Part shown: in pieces, positions 59,620 through 64,000 of the stretch
Layout of the letters: each line of letters begins with the position of its first letter
Position numbering within the stretch: position 1 is the first letter of the stretch
Position numbers and translations under genes: made by a program
Source: an uncultured Gammaproteobacteria bacterium
GTDB lineage: Bacteria; Patescibacteriota; Microgenomatia; Levybacterales; UBA12049
Assembly (NCBI GenBank): GCA_965230895.1
Contig: OZ246394.1
Span: 916,668 to 980,667, forward strand
Length of the DNA stretch: 64,000 nucleotides
Reading direction: 5' to 3'
Notes under the pieces: model-generated
The model's input: the letters and a program-made list of their open reading frames with translations, nothing else
Told to the model about the DNA's origin: nothing
Databases searched by the model: none

Positions 59620-60714
59620 TTAATCTATTTTGTATTTCCGGATAAACTCTTCTACTTTTTCTCGAGCAACTGTGTCAGTGTATTGTTTTGGAGGAGATTT
59701 CATAAAGTATGAAGATGGTTCGACCAATGGACCACCTACATTATTATCCAACGCTAATTTACAGCAACGGATTGCATCAATCACGACACCTGCCGAGTTG
59801 GGGGAATCTTCAACCGACAGGCGCGCTTCAATATGCATTGGGACATCACCAAAGTGACGACTTTCAATTCGAATAAATGCCACTTTATTATCTTTCATCC
59901 ACTCGACATAATCACTTGGACCAATATGAACATTCTCTGGCTTAATTGAGTCATCATGAAGATCAATCTGTGAAGTTACAGATTGTGTCTTTGAAATTTC
60001 TTTTGACTTTAAACGTTTTCTTTCAAGCATATTCTGAAAATCAGTATTACCTCCTACATTTAATTGGTAGGTTCTATCAATTGGCATACCACGATCTAAG
60101 AAAAGATTTGTGAGAACTCGATGAACGATCGTTGCACCAACTTGTGCTTTAATATCGTCGCCAACGATAGGGACATTGGCATCTATAAAACGTTTACTCC
60201 ATTTTTTATCTGTAGCGATAAACACTGGCATGCAATTTACCATACCCACTTTCGCTCGCAAACAAATATCTGCCCAATATTCAACTGCTTTTTGGCTTCC
60301 AACTGGAAGATAGTTAACAAGTATTTCTGCTCCAGAATCTTTGAGAGCTTTTACTGGGTCAGGTATTTTACTTTTTGAAACTTTAATAACATCCTTTACA
60401 TATTCACCGATACCGTCTATCACTTCTGCATTCTTTACTGTAACACCTAACTTTGGAACTTTTGCAAATACTGCAGTGTTGTTTGGATGCGCATAAATTG
60501 CTTCTCCCAAATCTTTACCAACTTTTGTCTCGTTGACATCAAATGCTGCTACAACTTCAATATCACTTATTTTATATCCACCGAAATTTGCATGCATCAG
60601 ACCGAAGATTCTATCATTCTCTTTTGCATTCTTATAGTAGGTTAGACCTTGGACAAGTGATGAGGCACAATTACCAATACCGACAATTGCTATTTTTATT
60701 TTTTTGTTCTTCAT
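59620..60714 (-). CDS. ino1: Inositol-3-phosphate (myo-inositol-1-phosphate) synthase
   Basis: GIGNCASSLVQG, NYLPVGS, GDDIKAQVGAT, QLNVGGNTDF, HIGPSDY, EDSPNSAG and YFMKSPP motifs. Confidence 0.96.
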   Translation of the reverse strand: MKNKKIKIAIVGIGNCASSLVQGLTYYKNAKENDRIFGLMHANFGGYKISDIEVVAAFDVNETKVGKDLGEAIYAHPNNTAVFAKVPKLGVTVKNAEVIDGIGEYVKDVIKVSKSKIPDPVKALKDSGAEILVNYLPVGSQKAVEYWADICLRAKVGMVNCMPVFIATDKKWSKRFIDANVPIVGDDIKAQVGATIVHRVLTNLFLDRGMPIDRTYQLNVGGNTDFQNMLERKRLKSKEISKTQSVTSQIDLHDDSIKPENVHIGPSDYVEWMKDNKVAFIRIESRHFGDVPMHIEARLSVEDSPNSAGVVIDAIRCCKLALDNNVGGPLVEPSSYFMKSPPKQYTDTVAREKVEEFIRKYKID

Positions 60715-60751
60715 AAGAATTAACGATAACAGAACAATAACCTATTGTAAA

Positions 60752-60777
60752 ATTAATGTATCTTATGATACATTAAT
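60752..60777. promoter_or_regulatory. Palindromic operator between divergent ino1 and LysR genes
   Basis: ATTAATGTATC-ttat-GATACATTAAT, a perfect 11-bp inverted repeat. A second inverted repeat, ACAATA-acc-TATTGT, is at 60734-60748. Confidence 0.7.
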
Positions 60778-60784
60778 AAAATTA

Positions 60785-61633
60785 ATGTTTGAAGAACTAC
60801 AAAGATTTCTGCTTCTTGTAGAAGAAAGAAATGCAACAAAAGTCGCGGACAAAGTATTTATCACCCAATCTGCGATGTCTCAGTCCATTAAGAGACTCGA
60901 AAAAGAGTTAGGTGTTGTATTAGTCATACAGAAAGGTAAGCAGCTAGAGATTACGAGTGATGGTTTAGCGGTTGCGGAAATTGGAACAAAGATTCTACAG
61001 CTTTGGCAAAAAGCGAAAGACCCTCAGAAGCGTTTTTCGGAGAAGCAAACTATTTCTCTAGGAAGTTTTGATAACGCAGCATTAAAGTTAGGTAAATATT
61101 TTCAAGACTCGATCATAAAAGATACTTTTAAAATTGAACTTACAATTAATGCTTCTGGAAAAATATTTTCACAAATCACACTTGGTATTTATGATATAGC
61201 GCTTTGTGTTGTTGATAAGAGAAAGCATTTACCAAAAAGCTTAATCGAAGTTATGACTTTTAAAGAAGAGCTTATTCCTGTTTCTTCACGAAAATTTGAT
61301 GGAAGGAAAGAATCAATTCCATTTATTTTATATAACGTAGGATCAAATACTCGTGATCAGATCGATTCTATTTTCGCGGAAAACTTTTTTAAGCCAACAA
61401 TCTTTGCGGAATCGACTAGTACAACATTTATGAAAGAGCTTGCACTCCTCGGCAGTGGAATAGCCTTATTACCAAAGAATTCTGTCTTAACTGAAATTTC
61501 TCAAGGGTTACTGAAGAAACATGCTCTGCCCTTCAAGTTTCACCGAGAATATGGTCTATATCTTTCAAAACAAAGTACCGTTACAAAAGATCATCAAATT
61601 ATTAAAGATATTTGTAGAATTTTGAGGAAATAA
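60785..61633 (+). CDS. LysR-family transcriptional regulator
   Basis: HTH segment VADKVFITQSAMSQSIKRLEKELG and C-terminal GSGIALLP. Start placed at the ATG at 60785. Confidence 0.92.
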   Translation: MFEELQRFLLLVEERNATKVADKVFITQSAMSQSIKRLEKELGVVLVIQKGKQLEITSDGLAVAEIGTKILQLWQKAKDPQKRFSEKQTISLGSFDNAALKLGKYFQDSIIKDTFKIELTINASGKIFSQITLGIYDIALCVVDKRKHLPKSLIEVMTFKEELIPVSSRKFDGRKESIPFILYNVGSNTRDQIDSIFAENFFKPTIFAESTSTTFMKELALLGSGIALLPKNSVLTEISQGLLKKHALPFKFHREYGLYLSKQSTVTKDHQIIKDICRILRK

Positions 61634-62377
61634 TTATTTTTTAGACAATCCCTTCATTGCCTCGAGGACTTCAATAGGTACTGCAAAGACAACAGTATTT
61701 GATTGGTCCGAAGATATATCATTAATTGAATTTAAAGTACGTAGATGTAACGCTCCTGGTGAAGTTGCCATCAATTTTGCTGCTTTTGAGAGGTTTTCTG
61801 CGGCAACAACTTCTCCTTCTGAATTAATAATAGTTGCACGTCTTTCTCTTTCAGCTTCGGCTTGCTTCGCCATTGTTCGCTTCATACTCTCAGGAAGGAC
61901 AATATCTTTAAGCTCTACTGTGAGCACTTCAATTCCCCATCCACCAGTTGTTTCTTTCACAATATCTTTGATACGAGTAGCAACTTTGTCTCTATTTGCC
62001 AAAAGTGAGTCAAGGTCCACTTCTCCAACAATATTTCTCATCGTTGTTTGTGCAAGCTGATGAACTGCAACGTAAAAATTTTCCACTTCCAAGACCGCTT
62101 TTGAAGCATCGGTCACTTTATAATAAATAACAGCGGAGATACTTGCTGATATATTATCTTTTGTAATAGCATCTTGATTTGGAACATCAACAGCCTTGGT
62201 ACGAATATCCACCTTTTGATATGACTGAAAAATCGGGATAACAAGTCGCCAACCTGGTTCCATAACTCCTGAGTATTTACCTAAAGTAAATTTTACTCCA
62301 CGTTGATATTGGTTGATTTGCTTAATCGAGATAAGCAGAATAACTAAAATTGGAAAAAGAAAAACAAGAATATCCAT
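61634..62377 (-). CDS. SPFH/stomatin (slipin) family protein
   Basis: QDAITKDN, LAQTTMRN, MAKQAEAERERRA and ALHLRTL motifs. Start placed at the ATG at 62377. Confidence 0.93.
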   Translation of the reverse strand: MDILVFLFPILVILLISIKQINQYQRGVKFTLGKYSGVMEPGWRLVIPIFQSYQKVDIRTKAVDVPNQDAITKDNISASISAVIYYKVTDASKAVLEVENFYVAVHQLAQTTMRNIVGEVDLDSLLANRDKVATRIKDIVKETTGGWGIEVLTVELKDIVLPESMKRTMAKQAEAERERRATIINSEGEVVAAENLSKAAKLMATSPGALHLRTLNSINDISSDQSNTVVFAVPIEVLEAMKGLSKK

Positions 62378-62421
62378 TTGGATTATTGTATACCTGAAGG
62401 TTTTGTAATGCAAGAATTATT

Positions 62422-63147
62422 TTATTTTGCGAACATTTCTTGAGCTTTTGCGTAATCTTCATGTGTGTCTATCTCAACCCATTTAAGTCCTGTTATATCA
62501 ACTGCATACATTGGACAACCTTTCGCAACTAAGGTTGTGTAACTATCATCATAATACTCTTGCCAATTAGCCTGATCGTTCATTAATGCTTCAAGTTCTG
62601 CAAACAATACTTTCGCAGCATCTGCACTAATCTTTTCTATCCCAATTGATTCACCAGTTGATGCATGTGGATCAAGTTTTTTGCCAACTTGTAATACCTT
62701 GTTATTTTCGTCTGTTATAACTTTTACTTCCTCTGCTTCTAAATTAATATTTTTGTCGATACAGAGTGCACTTGGAACTGGTGCATCTATCAACTTTTTT
62801 AAAACTTCTGTTTCGAAAACAACATCAGCATCAAATTTAATAAAACTATCATCTCCTACAAATTCTTTTGTGAGGAGCAATGAATAACCGGTATTTGTCG
62901 CTTCAAATTTCTCATTATGCATGAATGTTACTTTGAGTTGAGGGAACTTTTCAGCAATGAATGCTTCTACTTGTTCTGCTCGATAACCTGTAACAATTCC
63001 AACTTCAGTCATTCCAACTTCTACCACTGCATTAAGCATGCGCTCAATAATGGAAATTCCTACGACGGGAATAAATGATTTTGGTTTATCATCGGTAAGT
63101 GGTCTAATTCTTGATCCCACTCCAGCTGCTAATAATATTGCTTTCAT
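62422..63147 (-). CDS. Cytidylyltransferase (LicC/IPCT-like NTP transferase)
   Basis: AILLAAGVGSRI, PK, VTGY, TNTGYSL, EEVKV, GESIGI and WVEIDTHED motifs. Confidence 0.88.
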   Translation of the reverse strand: MKAILLAAGVGSRIRPLTDDKPKSFIPVVGISIIERMLNAVVEVGMTEVGIVTGYRAEQVEAFIAEKFPQLKVTFMHNEKFEATNTGYSLLLTKEFVGDDSFIKFDADVVFETEVLKKLIDAPVPSALCIDKNINLEAEEVKVITDENNKVLQVGKKLDPHASTGESIGIEKISADAAKVLFAELEALMNDQANWQEYYDDSYTTLVAKGCPMYAVDITGLKWVEIDTHEDYAKAQEMFAK

Positions 63148-63162
63148 AATACGTATTATACC

Positions 63163-63981
63163 TTATTTTCTCATTGGCATGAGTAATTCTTTAGATCTAT
63201 TCTTTAACTGAGTTCCACGTTCAAATACTCTCCATAATGCCCATATGGTTTGGCTTATTGCCAAAATCCAAAGTACAAGATCGAGACGGTTGCATAATGC
63301 TCCAATCGCAACAAATATTGCAAATTCTGCTTCATCGACAATAAGTAATGTTCTATTCTTTATCCATGAGAATCTCAATGCTTCACTTATATTTTTTGCT
63401 TTTTTTGCATATTGTACCTCCATTGCATGTTCGAGCTTTTGTCTTACCTTTGCAGATTCATCAAAATATTTTGGATTATTTGAAAACGCACTAAACATAG
63501 ATTCCAATTTAATATAATAGCGATATTGGAACATGAAACATGAGATAAAACCAAGAAGCAAATAAGTAATATTATTTGTTTGGAGATAGACCGCAAGACC
63601 TGTAAAAAACGTAATAAGGAAAATCTTTAAGATATCCAAAACTTTGTCCATATAATCTCCCATGATTGAATACTTCTTTGTGATTCGAGCCAATTGTCCA
63701 TCGACATCATCACCGACATATCCGAAGAAAATCATCAAACTACCAAGTACTAAATGGTATGGGAAATTTAAAACGAGGAAAATACATCCTAATGCAAATA
63801 ACGCGAAAGAAACAAGCGTAACATGATTTGGCGTTAAGAATGAGATTTTTGAAAGAGGTTTAACAATAATCCTTGCTAAAGGATATCCAATACGATCTCC
63901 CCAATTACTGTAGTATGTTGATTTTATGACACGGATTGCTGCGGTTGATTTTACAGTTTTAGTCGCTGAAGCTTTCTTCAT
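63163..63981 (-). CDS. CDP-alcohol phosphotransferase family protein
   Basis: TPNHVT and DDVDGQLAR...GDYMDKVLD motifs, with several TM helices. Confidence 0.9.
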   Translation of the reverse strand: MKKASATKTVKSTAAIRVIKSTYYSNWGDRIGYPLARIIVKPLSKISFLTPNHVTLVSFALFALGCIFLVLNFPYHLVLGSLMIFFGYVGDDVDGQLARITKKYSIMGDYMDKVLDILKIFLITFFTGLAVYLQTNNITYLLLGFISCFMFQYRYYIKLESMFSAFSNNPKYFDESAKVRQKLEHAMEVQYAKKAKNISEALRFSWIKNRTLLIVDEAEFAIFVAIGALCNRLDLVLWILAISQTIWALWRVFERGTQLKNRSKELLMPMRK

Positions 63982-64000
63982 ATTATAGGAGGATTATAAC

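Noticed and set aside
57773-60714. Archaeal contig or chimeric assembly as the explanation for carS and AIP-synthase-like genes
   Set aside because: The region has the same composition, tight packing and bacterial -10 spacing as the flanking bacterial genes, and no junction is visible. Read mapping would be needed to exclude this fully.

Overview
A 64 kb, AT-rich, very densely packed bacterial chromosome segment. Gene content and style point to Patescibacteria/CPR, probably Microgenomates (inference, not tested). The standard genetic code is used: TGA stops are present and prfB is encoded. I found no rRNA, tRNA, CRISPR array or transposase. Housekeeping genes: gltX (partial, missed by the ORF track), archaeal-type aspS, recJ, a CCA-adding enzyme, secDF, tsaBCE, ftsEX and prfB. 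Other blocks: a ~13 kb glycosylation locus (GT-C, Dol-P-Man synthase-like GT2, gmd/rmd, ugd, rmlABD, four GT2s); folP with a CofE-like ligase; purine salvage genes; two double beta-propeller GH130-like genes facing glgP-glgA. Most notable observations: (1) an inositol/CDP-alcohol lipid headgroup cluster at the right end (CarS-like, PHP, PIP/AIP-synthase-like, Ino1, LysR with a palindromic operator, cytidylyltransferase and a second CDP-alcohol phosphotransferase). (2) A trp-like 1:2/2:3/3:4 transcription attenuator with a compositionally diverse 27-aa leader peptide upstream of a highly divergent RelA/SpoT-like gene. (3) A window-wide leaderless promoter pattern, with a -10 hexamer 6-7 nt before the ATG. 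All product calls come from reading motifs by eye; no database search was run.
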